A stretch of DNA of 61,507 bases, filler included, from Stramenopiles sp. TOSAG23-3 (Eukaryota): NCBI GenBank assembly GCA_900128585.1. It is 22 parts of 22 records of this genome, joined end to end, with 100 filler letters (N's around TTAATTAATTAA, not from the genome) between each part and the next. Parts side by side here need not be neighbours in the genome. Positions count along the whole stretch, not along the records: positions 33,685 to 36,381 come from LT644642.1; positions 36,482 to 39,176 come from LT644643.1; positions 39,277 to 41,971 come from LT644644.1; positions 42,072 to 44,766 come from LT644645.1; 18 more parts are not named here. One strand, given 5' to 3'. Within the stretch, counting starts at the first letter, position 1. Every line of letters begins with the position of its first letter. Below are positions 33,943 to 44,866 of this stretch, one piece after another. The translations under genes and the position numbers were made by a program. A model generated the notes under the pieces. It did not search any database. It was not told the DNA's origin and was given only the letters and a program-made list of their open reading frames with translations.

Positions 33943-35160
33943 ATGGAGGCCAGCTACAATGGCCTGTCGGAGTTGTACCAGCTCGTCGTGGCAGGGATTG
34001 GTATAGCGTACGTTCTGTACTTCTTTAAAGATTTAATTATGCCCTTTTTAGTCGCGCTGTTCCTGTTTTTCTTGGTTAGGGAACCAATGCGGTTCCTTAG
34101 GGCCCGCGTGAACGCGTTTTTGAAGTTCGCAAAGTGTTGCAGTTTCTGCACCCCCTTGAACGACGAGGACGAGGACGAGGACGAGGACGATCGTTACTGC
34201 GACGGCTCGGAGATTCCCCTTTTGTTCTCCGACGACAAGGACAGCAAGAAGAAAAAGAAACCGTGCTGCGACTGTGGGCACATCACCTCGTTTTGCGTCA
34301 TCATGATGCTCATTTTTCTCTGCGTGTTCCTCACGGGTTTCGTCATGGTCAACTCGATCCAAACGCTCCAAAGCGGAAAGCCTTCGAAGATCGAAACGTA
34401 CTCGATCCAGCTGAAGAAGCAGGAAAAGAAATTCTTGGACCACCTCGAGCACAGTGCTGGGCTGAAGGGCAACGCGGCCTTGGACAAGGTCCGTAACTAC
34501 GACTTTATGTCCCCGTTGCTATCTAGTATGATCACGATAATCCCGAGCCTGGTCAGCAGCATCTTGTTTGTCTTGCTAATCTTAGCGTTTTTGTTAGGCT
34601 TTATTAGTGCCAAGAGGAAGGAAAGCGGGGACTTCGAGAAGCAAGTCATGGCGTACATCGTGGTCAAGACCCAAGTCAGTGCCCTCGCTGGGTTGGCCGT
34701 GTGGGTGTGCTTTGCCTCTTTGAACGTCCCGCTGGCCGCGACGTGGGGCCTCTTGACGTTCATACTGAACTATATCCCTAACTTCGGGGCAATGATCGCG
34801 ATCTTGGTCCCTGCCCCAATCCTATTGCTGGATCCTACCCTGAGCACGTACCAAACCGTACTGGGCTTTTTGCTCCCGGGCATTGTGCACGGTGTCGTGG
34901 GGAACTTGGTAGAACCGTTCTGCTTTTATAACCACGACGACTTGCAGCTTCACCCAATCACCAGTTTGTTGTGCGTTGTCGTATGGATAATGCTCTGGGG
35001 AATTGGTGGTGGTATCCTTGCCGTACCATTGACCACCATGATGCGTTTGTTTCTGAATCAATTTCGTTCCAAACATCGTTTGCTAGGTGTATTTGGTGAT
35101 TTTATCGATGCCTTTCAAAAACCAAAGAAAAAGAAAGTAGAAGAAGGCAAAGCATGGTAG
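33943..35160 (+). CDS. AI-2E family (PerM/TqsA-like) transporter
   Basis: Multiple TM segments with WGLLTFILNYIPNFG, GNLVEP, LHP and WIMLWGIGGGILAVPL. Confidence 0.85.
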   Translation: MEASYNGLSELYQLVVAGIGIAYVLYFFKDLIMPFLVALFLFFLVREPMRFLRARVNAFLKFAKCCSFCTPLNDEDEDEDEDDRYCDGSEIPLLFSDDKDSKKKKKPCCDCGHITSFCVIMMLIFLCVFLTGFVMVNSIQTLQSGKPSKIETYSIQLKKQEKKFLDHLEHSAGLKGNAALDKVRNYDFMSPLLSSMITIIPSLVSSILFVLLILAFLLGFISAKRKESGDFEKQVMAYIVVKTQVSALAGLAVWVCFASLNVPLAATWGLLTFILNYIPNFGAMIAILVPAPILLLDPTLSTYQTVLGFLLPGIVHGVVGNLVEPFCFYNHDDLQLHPITSLLCVVVWIMLWGIGGGILAVPLTTMMRLFLNQFRSKHRLLGVFGDFIDAFQKPKKKKVEEGKAW

Positions 35161-36021
35161 TAGAACAGAAGAAGGGAGATGATTCATATATTTAAGATTA
35201 AAAGAGATTTTATGAAAATACTTAAATAACCAGCCAATTTTCTTGATTGAAAATAACAGAAAGAAAAACAATATGTAGTCGGTCTTCTATAACTAACAAA
35301 CAAGAATACAATATAGATATAGACAATAATAAACAAATGCTATTCAATGGAAACAAACCATGTATATTGTAAATAAGAATACAACATGTACTCTACAACT
35401 ACACTTTTCCTAATAATAAAATTATATAATAAAAAGAAGAGCTTCTTATATTTTTATTTTAGAGCCGTTTCTTCTTTCTTTCTTTCTTTCTTTTCTTCTT
35501 CTTCTTCTTCTTCTTCTTTTCTTCTTCTTTCTTTTCTTCTTAAAATATAATAAAAACAACTATAATAATTGAAGCTGGAGAAAATAATCCACAATTAATT
35601 AAGGATATTTATAATTATGCTATGTGTATGTAAACGAGGTATATTTTATATCACTTTTTAATTCTGTTTAGTTATAATTAATATTTCAAAATGATTTCAT
35701 CTAAATTCTTACATATAACATAGCTTTATCATAAAAACGGGTCTCGCATCATTATCCTTATACATATATATCCTTAATAAAGTGGACACTACGACATCTC
35801 ATCACATATATCTCAAAAAAACCCCCCACACTCCCACAAGAAAGGTTTATCTATATCTATGTGTGCTTGTTTCTTGTGAAAGAATATTGATGGAATTGGA
35901 AAAATGGGTGATTTAATTTATACATTATTTTGTATGTGAATTGAGAACTGCGGGTGCGTAGGAATATTAGTTTCTGTTTTGGGTTCATACACCGAATAGA
36001 GAGAGAGAGAGAGAGAGAGAC

Positions 36022-36381
36022 ATGTCGATTCCATGGAGAGCCGCTAGGAAGCCCCTGTTTGGCACCTCAGAGGACACCCCGGGGCCAAGCGCGTACGCGG
36101 TAGAGAAAGTTGGGCGGCCAAAATCAACTCCTCCTTACGTAGCGTTTCACACCACAAGCAATCGGTCCGACGTTACCGCCGGGACCGGTGCGTCGGGCGC
36201 GGGGGTGGCGCCAGGGACCTACCAACTAAAGGGGAGCATGAGCGCCGCCAAAGCCAAAGGGAAGAGCAACATATTTCGCTCCAAGACGTCTCGGTTCGCG
36301 CCCACTGCCCCGGGGAGCAGCGTGTACCGACCGTCGACGATCGTGGAAAACCCAGGGCCAGGGAACTACTCACTATCCGGT
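36022..36381 (+). CDS. SHIPPO/PGP-repeat (STPG/ODF3-like) ciliary protein, N-terminal fragment
   Basis: TPGPSAY, APGTY and NPGPGNY repeats with FxSxTxRF spacers. Confidence 0.75.
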
Positions 36382-37478
36382 NNNNNNNNNNNNNNNNNNN
36401 NNNNNNNNNNNNNNNNNNNNNNNNNTTAATTAATTAANNNNNNNNNNNNNNNNNNNNNNNNNNNNNNNNNNNNNNNNNNNNTATTTCCTATGAATGCGTG
36501 TTCAGCAAACGTTCGTTGTCAGCTCTCTATTATAATACTATTAGTATACATGGGCCTTGGTACAGTACGTACGTATTTTAGAGGAGGATATAATAAGTGA
36601 CTCTATCCTATTATTCTCCTAATGAATTTTCAAGTTTTGATGACTGAAGTAAAAAAAACGCGCGAAAACCTTTATATACAGGTAAATAGGCAGAAGAAAT
36701 GAATGGCGTCGTTTCATTTCATTCTTCATCTTTTTCATCAAACAAAAAAAGAGAAAAAGAGAAGTCTCTGTTGTTGTTGTACAAAAAAACAAAAAATGAA
36801 CTGAAATCTTTCTTTATTAATAGACTATTAAATGCTGTGTATATTCAATCGCCATTCTACTTTTTACTACCCATCAGAATGTTAGTTCCGGTGACGTAGT
36901 ATATAAATTATAATTTAAAAAGTAGAGTGGGGAGATGGTGTGTACATGTACTTATACTTTTATAAAATGATATAAAAAAAAAAGATACCGACGACGAACG
37001 GGGGTGGGGTGACGATATTAAATAATCAGTGATGTGTCTATATTATTATAAAATAATAAAAAAAACTGAAGAAGATATAGAAGAAGAAGATGAAAATTTA
37101 ATTATTATTTCTATATTATTATTTATTATTATTACCTGGTACCAAGGTATATTAATACCGGGCCCATCCACCACCGCCAACCGACGTCTGAAAACAATTA
37201 CCTAGGGTTTCATTACATACCCTAAATAGCTCACAAAGTTTGAATGTACACTGAACTGTAATTAACGTTATTGGATAACCGAGAAGAAACGGAGTATAAA
37301 CCGATTTATTTTTCGTATACATTGACAGCCAGTGTTGGAACGACGTACCATTGTTTTCTTTCAGTGTAAAGGCTTCCTCTTCGAATCCCTAGACGCGCTA
37401 CCCTGACCACTCCGGGGCTGCACCTAGATAGATATTGAACACGGTGACGCTGGGAGGACACCGTTAGTCGGCTTTGCG

Positions 37479-38090
37479 ATGATGTATGCGCCAATCGCAA
37501 ACTCCTCGTCTTTGAACCATAGGAAGCAATTGCACAATAGTTCGCGTCTTATTAGAAACCGGATTGAAAAGCGAGTCTCCTCCTCGGCCCCTGCCCCAAA
37601 CTGGTGCTGTTTTGCGTACTCGTATTCCCCTGTCAAGTCTTCCAAACGTCAGAGCATACAACATGACGATCCGTACAAAACCCCGCCGAGCGGGCTATAC
37701 ATAGAGGATTCACATTACAAGCCGGGGTCTCCTAGGCGACGAAAGGACCGCACGTTTAATGTGCTGTGCCAAGTAAGGGAAGTTTTGCACAAACAGTACA
37801 GGCTGCCTTTCCCCGCGACCGCCGCCCCAAGTTTTGCAAAGCGGTTCAAGGTGCTGTCACAGTTTTTTGGGATAGAGCCAGAGCCGCTGCACCCGTCCGC
37901 TGCCCCCCGTCCCAACGACCCCCGTCCCAACGACCCCCGTCTTAGTGCAAATCAGCGCACCGCGCGCCCGAGCAGCGTTCAAAACGGTGTAAATTATGGT
38001 TGGGAAAGAGAAAGAACGCCTCGAACAAGAGAAAGAAAGCAACGTCGCAAACGGCATGTGAATTTGTCGGATGAAAGCGCGGTGCCATAG
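37479..38090 (+). CDS. Hypothetical protein
   Basis: 203-aa ORF in a GC-richer island between AT-rich flanks; no recognisable motif. Confidence 0.45.
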   Translation: MMYAPIANSSSLNHRKQLHNSSRLIRNRIEKRVSSSAPAPNWCCFAYSYSPVKSSKRQSIQHDDPYKTPPSGLYIEDSHYKPGSPRRRKDRTFNVLCQVREVLHKQYRLPFPATAAPSFAKRFKVLSQFFGIEPEPLHPSAAPRPNDPRPNDPRLSANQRTARPSSVQNGVNYGWERERTPRTRERKQRRKRHVNLSDESAVP

Positions 38091-38583
38091 TCACAGTGGT
38101 ATATCATATATTCCCCTGTTTTCCTGTTAAGATAGTTGTATATGATGGCCTTCTTTGATTGCTTTTCGGCTCAACGATGAAGGGAAGATGGCTTGTCTGC
38201 AATTTTTTGTTGTTGTATTTAAAAAAATTATATAGTATTCAGTGTTTTTTAAATAACATATATGTTATGCTTTATATTTTGTTTTTTTATTAACTATGAT
38301 ATTTTTTAATAAACAGTATCATAGACTATGATATACTGATACAACTCTGAACTCTGCTTACATCTTACATCACACTCTCGCGTTTTACGCACTGACTTCG
38401 TAAAGAGTAAGAGAGTATTTGCACACACACTAAAAAGAAAAAACGTATTTCGCAACTTACGTTTTTGACAAAAACACAGTAGCATACTGCCCACCCTGCT
38501 GCAAACACATCGTTCACGACACTGCTATTGTAAAATGTAAAAATAAAAATATATCTGCAAGCTTACTGCACGTGCTGCACGAC

Positions 38584-39176
38584 CTACATTTTGTTCGTCC
38601 TGGAGAAATTTTTACTTTTTTTCTTCTTCTCTTTGTACTTGTCATATGCTTCTTGGCACTGCTGGGCGTAATTGCTACTGCGCTTTTCTTGACCCACCGT
38701 CAACTTAAATACTTGAACTACGTCCTCATCCTGCAAAACGTGCTTAAGCCCACACCGCATCGGGCTATGCCTGCAGCTCGTCCCCCACACCAAGGCGTAC
38801 TTGAATTGTTTCTCCAGGTCTCTATGTATGGCCCGGCACAAATGCTCCACGGTAACCCCCCCGGTTCTTTCTTCACTAATGATCACGGGCTCCCAGCTGG
38901 GAGGCTCCCCTCGTTTCTTCGTGTACACTCGGACTAGCCCCATGCAGCCCCATATTCGCCTTAGGACGAAATCAAAGTTCAACCTCCACATCACAGAGGT
39001 CACGATGGTGTTCGGGCGGCGCGCAATTTCGTCCACTTGCTCAATGCTTATCATGTCAATTTTGTTGTACAAGTATAGGCAACGGACGTACTTTCTGTTC
39101 CCTTCAATGACATCGATCAGTTGGTCGCCCGTAATGTCCTGCCGGATGAGCAGGTCTGCGTTGTGAATTTTGTACT
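38584..39176 (-). CDS. DRG2: Developmentally regulated GTP-binding protein, C-terminal half with TGS domain
   Basis: YKIHNAD...DQLIDVIEGNRKY...YNKID...LVRVYTKKRG...FKYALVWGTS...CGLKHVLQDEDVVQ. Confidence 0.88.
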
Positions 39177-39836
39177 NNNNNNNNNNNNNNNNNNNNNNNN
39201 NNNNNNNNNNNNNNNNNNNNTTAATTAATTAANNNNNNNNNNNNNNNNNNNNNNNNNNNNNNNNNNNNNNNNNNNNAGTGATATGAATTTTAGCAGTCGC
39301 AAAATTAGATCAGTTCTACAATTGGGATAATCTTGAGAGTCTTAAAACATACTATTTCATTAGTTTTTTTTTTAATACATGTACGTACATATAATAACTA
39401 GACGACTAGAGTTTAAAGAATCCTTGTGTGTTCAGACAATATTTTTTGGGTAAAAATAACAAATGCCACTATTTAGACGACTAAGATCACTTTTTGAGAT
39501 TTCTATCTCAATATGCTGTGGCGCGCCCATCTGCCCGACTCAAGGCTCACCCCAGCGGCACTGGCGCTCGAGTCACACGGGAACTGAGACCCGTGAACGC
39601 CGCAATTACCCCCCACCGCTCAGTCCAGCACCTACTTCGCCCAGAAGTCGATTTGTTAATTATTGTAACACATGTCATTCTCTTGTGTACATTTTAAAAT
39701 TTTACGATTTCTTCGCACCGGGCGCGGGTTTCTTCTCCGGTTTAAAAGGTTTCTGCGCCCGTAAAAAAATAGAAGCGTACTAAGAATTTCTTAATGCATT
39801 TTTTTATTTTTTAATAGAGAGGAGATAAATTCACAT

Positions 39837-41971
39837 TCACAAGGGGATGGGAATAGGGGTGTGAACATATATGTGCTTTTTCGTACATATGTGGTGGATC
39901 CAGATTCCTAAGATTTCCCCGACCCCATTTGCCATAAATACTGTCCCGGCAAAGTGTTGTGGCGCCAGCTCTCCCTGCTCCAGGGCAACGGCCCCAAGCA
40001 CTGCGAGGGCCATATAGACATGCCGATATTTCACTTTCATAATAGGAAAGGAGCTATGAACAAATGCTCCCGCCGCTTCTAGGAAAGCATACATCGTAAG
40101 GTAGAGGGTTGCAGGAAGATGAATGCAATTGAGCCAAAAATAAGCAATGAACCGAATTATCGGGACAGCGATCATGCATCGAGAATATGCCAAAGAAAAA
40201 CCGTCGAAATTCGCTGCCAAGCGTGCGCGCCAGTACCGAAAGATGACATATTCCACGGTCAACATGCAGCACTGGACAGCCAGCAACGCCGACAGGTCCT
40301 CAAAACTAGAAGGCAACAGAGCCAGCGCATACGCGAAAGATGTGCACAAAATGCATGCCAACAGAAGTTTGTTCACGCATCCAATTACATCTAGCGTTTC
40401 GTCCCTGCAGACTTCCGCTTTCTTGAGGTCAAGTGGATTCAGCACAGCACGGCACTTCTTGCGCTCGTTTTGAAGAACTAAAGCGGCCGACGTGTCCCCA
40501 CACAAATGGCCAATGCTCACGATGGCCCAAGCGAATGGTTGCCCCATGGCAAAACAATGGCTTGGGACAAAAAAATACCCTACGATAGTAACGGCATGGA
40601 ACACGTACGCGTATTTTCTTGGAGCAAGAATAGAAAATTGGTAGCTACAAAAAAAAGCCCAACAAAGTCCGAAAGGCAACGAACGCGTTTGACACGGCAA
40701 GCATATTCTTGTGCTCTGCGTTGTAATGAAATAGAAATGTGCTGCCACAACCTAGCACAAGGATAATCCGTGCTAATTGTGTACGGCCATACTTGTAGTA
40801 ACAACGCTCTTCGCACCATTTCAACCAACAGTACCCTGTAATCATGGCCAGAATGTTCATCAAAGTATCCGATCTTATTCCACCCTTCCCTTGATGGTTT
40901 TGAAAACGAAATACGGCGAGGACCGCCATTGCGAGGAGCATAGTTATACGTTGGTTCGCCATAACTGACTTGTACACAGCTTTCTGGTAAGCGACTTCTT
41001 CAGCATCGATGTCCATTCCAGATAACATTCCCGGGACACTTTCCATGCCCCCGTTTTCAATCTTTTGCTTCCCTTCCATCCCCCCTTTATTTTTCACAGG
41101 AAACAAAGGCGGTTTTCTGTCTTCGCGTGCTGACTTGTTATCAGGTAATACATTCGGGGCAGCCCTGGATATGCACGCAGAGACTTTTGTTTTTGTTTTC
41201 TGTTCAGTTCCACACTTTCTCCAGTTTTCTGCGGCGCTCATAAATTCTTCTATTTTGTCAAACTTGTTTTTAACGATGTTCCCCGTTCCCCAAAACTGTT
41301 CCGCGCAAAACATGGCGCACAATCCTACATTTGACCGAAGCATCTGTATCAAATTTCGCCTTATGCAGGATATGGGCCTGTGTTCCGTTTCCCTCTCCTT
41401 CGTATCACGTTCACTTACCCACGGAAAATTTGCTAGCTCAAACACTTGATCGCTCGGTGCAACATTAGTGGCATACAAGTCCACTAGCTTACGCGATGAT
41501 ATCTTAAACAGCTCCAATTCACACGTCTTGCAAAGTCCCCACTCATTTTCCGCAAGCACAACCTTTGGCATCGCCTTTGCCCTTTTAAGAAGAGATTTGC
41601 AAGTCAAGAGGACCGCGGGTGCGTACACACGGGGCACCGTGGGTTGCCACGTCGATAGCTTTAGTAGCCTGGAGCCAAAGTCTGTCATATCGATTCGAAT
41701 GCGCTTAGGAAAGCTATGTTTTAATTGGACATCCTCAGTCTTGGGTGTTTCTCTCTCACCTGGGGAGTCTAGAGTAAAGTTTTCTTGGAAAAAAACAATT
41801 GATTTGTAAATCTCGTCCTGTGAGAGTACCACAGGTTCAAGGCTACTAGCTCTTTTCAGCCTTTGGCGCAAACGGCTACCGATGAGTCGTAGAATTGATA
41901 GTCGCACCAAGAACAAAACGGGCAGGTGTTTCAGCAGCGGTTTGTACAGCTCTCCGTCATCGCAGTGTGAT
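39837..41971 (-). CDS. Hypothetical multi-pass membrane protein, two ORFs joined by an apparent frameshift at a T8 run
   Basis: ORF 41916-40645 (...LLGFFL*) continues into ORF 40748-39837 (FFCSYQF...) if one T is removed at about 40649-40656. Many hydrophobic segments. Confidence 0.55.
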
Positions 41972-42218
41972 NNNNNNNNNNNNNNNNNNNNNNNNNNNNN
42001 NNNNNNNNNNNNNNNTTAATTAATTAANNNNNNNNNNNNNNNNNNNNNNNNNNNNNNNNNNNNNNNNNNNNATGATAAAAAATACTAAATCATTACACAC
42101 TCCGACACTACTCCCTCACTACTCCTCACTACTTCTACCTAATTATTATTTAATATTACGACCTCCTCGACGACCAACACTAATTAAAAAACATGCTTCT
42201 CGTCCAAATCAACTATTT

Positions 42219-43133
42219 CTACTGTAGCATAACGGCCTGCTCATATGCAAAAAACATTATGGCATGGGCTGGGGTTGCCCGAAAGCACGTGACCAACAAC
42301 CCACGGTAAAGCCCTCGGATCCCTTCCTTGGCAAAAATGCTAGACAAAACGTACCGGAATCCCTTGTCCTGGAGGTGGGGGTTCGTCTGGATCTGGGTCT
42401 TGACCGTGTCGGCCACGTACCCACTGGTCCAGTACGCAACCCCGGCAATGCCGCCGCCAGCCATGTGGACAAGGGGGCTCAGGTCTTCCTTCCCATTCCC
42501 AGTTGAGCGCGAAAAGGACTGACAGATCAACTCGTACGTTCCAAACCAGAAGAAACAACCCGGAACCTCCCTCAACAACGTGCAGCAGTTCCCTCGGTAC
42601 AAGCCCTTCGCAATTCCATCCTGCTTTATGGTCTTTGCGATGCAGTCCAACGGCCCCTTGTAAGTCCATGTCTCCTTCGGCATCCCCTGCTGCACCTGCA
42701 GGCGGCACTTGATAAGTTCTACAGGCGTCAGCACGAACGGGACCACCAACCCGCCAAAAGCCCCCGCTACGGCTGACGAAAGGAGGGGGGATTGGGACAC
42801 GTCAAATTCCGTTGCCAGCGCCTTTTTAAACCGGCCCACGGCGGCAAAAAGCACGGCCACCTCGAACGTGGAGCCTAGCAGTGGGCTCAGGAGCCCTTTG
42901 TACAAGCCCGGAACGCCGGCCGTTCGGTAAGTGTGCGAAACGCAGTGCCAGACACCGTTGTAGCGTATCGTGCCAGGCGGGGCTTTCCCATCTGGAAAAA
43001 CGTTCGCATTCTGAGCCTGAAGCAGAACTTTCACGGTATCGAAAGGGTGCTCGACCAACTTCCCTGCAAAACCGGCAACAGTGCCGGCAATAAACTCCGT
43101 TCGAACGGATGCCTCTTTTCTCGTATCGGACAT
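42219..43133 (-). CDS. Mitochondrial carrier, ornithine/carnitine (SLC25A15/A20/A29-like) subgroup
   Basis: HPFDTVKV, TPVELIKCRLQ, LLREVPG..FWFGTYE and YVADTVKTQIQ. Confidence 0.9.
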   Translation of the reverse strand: MSDTRKEASVRTEFIAGTVAGFAGKLVEHPFDTVKVLLQAQNANVFPDGKAPPGTIRYNGVWHCVSHTYRTAGVPGLYKGLLSPLLGSTFEVAVLFAAVGRFKKALATEFDVSQSPLLSSAVAGAFGGLVVPFVLTPVELIKCRLQVQQGMPKETWTYKGPLDCIAKTIKQDGIAKGLYRGNCCTLLREVPGCFFWFGTYELICQSFSRSTGNGKEDLSPLVHMAGGGIAGVAYWTSGYVADTVKTQIQTNPHLQDKGFRYVLSSIFAKEGIRGLYRGLLVTCFRATPAHAIMFFAYEQAVMLQ

Positions 43134-43953
43134 TTGCTTCTCGGCCCACGCACGGCAGCAGACGAGACTCAAGCTGGGAAAAACGGTCTCGTTCTAAAGG
43201 AAATTCTCAGTCTGCTCGCCTGAAAAAAGAACCATTTAAACGTTTGGCGACAAGGGAGCATCGATATTTGAAAGTATTAGTAAGCTTCACACATTTAGCC
43301 GGATAAATTGCACTGTTATTTTTTCTTCTTCTGTGTTCGTACATATCTTGTTGTTGTTGTTTTAATACCAAGAAGGTATACGGTATGGTATAATATAATT
43401 AATTAATCTCTATAATAATACCACCAAGGTAATACCGTATATAATAATAATTATTATTTTTTTTGTTGAAAATAATAATAATAATTATGTAATAAATAAA
43501 TAGACTACACCACAACAACAACAAAAGAACAACAACAAGTGAAGAAAAAAAAGACGACAATATTATTATATTATAATTGAAGAATTTTATATAAAAAAAA
43601 AGATACTAACTAATTTAGATAATACTACAATAAAAAAATAAATAATATACAGCTCCGAATATGGAGTATACGTGAAAATCAATATAAGTACAGAACAGAG
43701 TCAAATAGACAAGATAGAGGGAACTACCTATCTAAAATACATTACACTACGATTAAATTAACGGTAGGGTGCATTTTATTACCTATCTACGTGTATTACA
43801 CTACTAATTAAAAGAAGGTGATATCTGATAATTACAACCTTAAAATACATAGCATTGTAAAAAGAAAAAGAGATATTTTGAAGAAGGGATATACACCTAG
43901 CAGGGCAAAAAAAAAATATTGAATGTATGACAACAAAATAAAGATTATACAAC

Positions 43954-43959
43954 AAAAAA
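43954..43959 (-). terminator. Pol III terminator (T6) of the tRNA-Gly gene
   Basis: After the discriminator A the minus strand reads AACAATAAAAA-TTTTTT. Confidence 0.7.
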
Positions 43960-43970
43960 TTTTTATTGTT

Positions 43971-44110
43971 TGCACTGTCCGGCTGTAATGATTTGATTGT
44001 TTATTGTTAGATTCTGTCTTCTTTCTTTTCTTTTTAAGGAATTGTACGTACGAATTGAACCCGGGGTGGGACGATGGCAACGTCCCATGTTACCACTACA
44101 CCAACAGTGC
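43971..44110 (-). tRNA. tRNA-Gly-GCC: tRNA-Gly(GCC) in two exons (44110-44052 and 43982-43971) separated by a 69-nt intron
   Basis: The joined sequence GCACTGT TG GTGT AGTGGTA ACAT G GGACG TTGCCAT CGTCC CACC CCGGG TTCAATT C|CCGG ACAGTGC A is a 71-nt cloverleaf with all four stems paired and anticodon GCC. Confidence 0.93.
43983..44051 (-). other. Spliceosomal-type (GT-AG) intron inside the tRNA T-arm
   Basis: 5' GTACGT, branch motif CTAAC at 44010-44006 and 3' CATTACAG. Exact removal restores the T-stem and acceptor stem. Confidence 0.82.
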
Positions 44111-44866
44111 GGTGAAACAGGGACGGCACTTCAAACCTTGCGGTTTGCGAGGTGCCATGTTTCTTGTATAAGTAATGAAATTTTAAGTATATATATAAAT
44201 AAATACTGTATATTAATTATGGAAAATTTGTTTTGCAACTAACCAGATTCCAGGAGGGGGTACAGCCACACATTTCTATTTTAAAATCTCTCTATCATCT
44301 CGACCCGACCGTTTTAGTGATTTAGCTTTTATAAAAAAGGGGTTGGTGGGGTAGTTAGTTGTTTATGTGGAAAATAATAAGAAAAAAAGGTTCAATAGTA
44401 TATAGTCTATATAGTCTAACTTAAAATAATAGATGGCCAATATTGAATGATATAAATATATAAAAGTCGTCCTTGAGAAGACCTGAGAACCAACGATCGA
44501 AATGGGATTAAGCAAGGAATACAACAAAAGCTTTTGAAACAAAAACAGAAAGTTGGCCTGGCCTGCCTGCTGCCTTTCTTCTTCCTGCACTCTTCATTTA
44601 TTTTTTACCAAATTACCACTATTGCACAGCATCAAATATCCAACAACATTGTTATTTTAATACTATATAATAAATAATTGAAATAATAATAATAATTAAA
44701 ATAAAAAAATAAATAATAATATAATAATAATAAAAAATTGTGTACCCCGTTTTTTATGGATGATCANNNNNNNNNNNNNNNNNNNNNNNNNNNNNNNNNN
44801 NNNNNNNNNNTTAATTAATTAANNNNNNNNNNNNNNNNNNNNNNNNNNNNNNNNNNNNNNNNNNNN

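Noticed and set aside
39500-39650. GC-rich island with hairpin CACGGG/CCCGTG, possible ncRNA or transposase relic
   Set aside because: No recognisable RNase P/MRP/SRP/snRNA motif, and the translation similarity is unconvincing.
43997-44242. 81-aa plus-strand ORF
   Set aside because: It is the antisense of the tRNA-Gly gene and its flanks.
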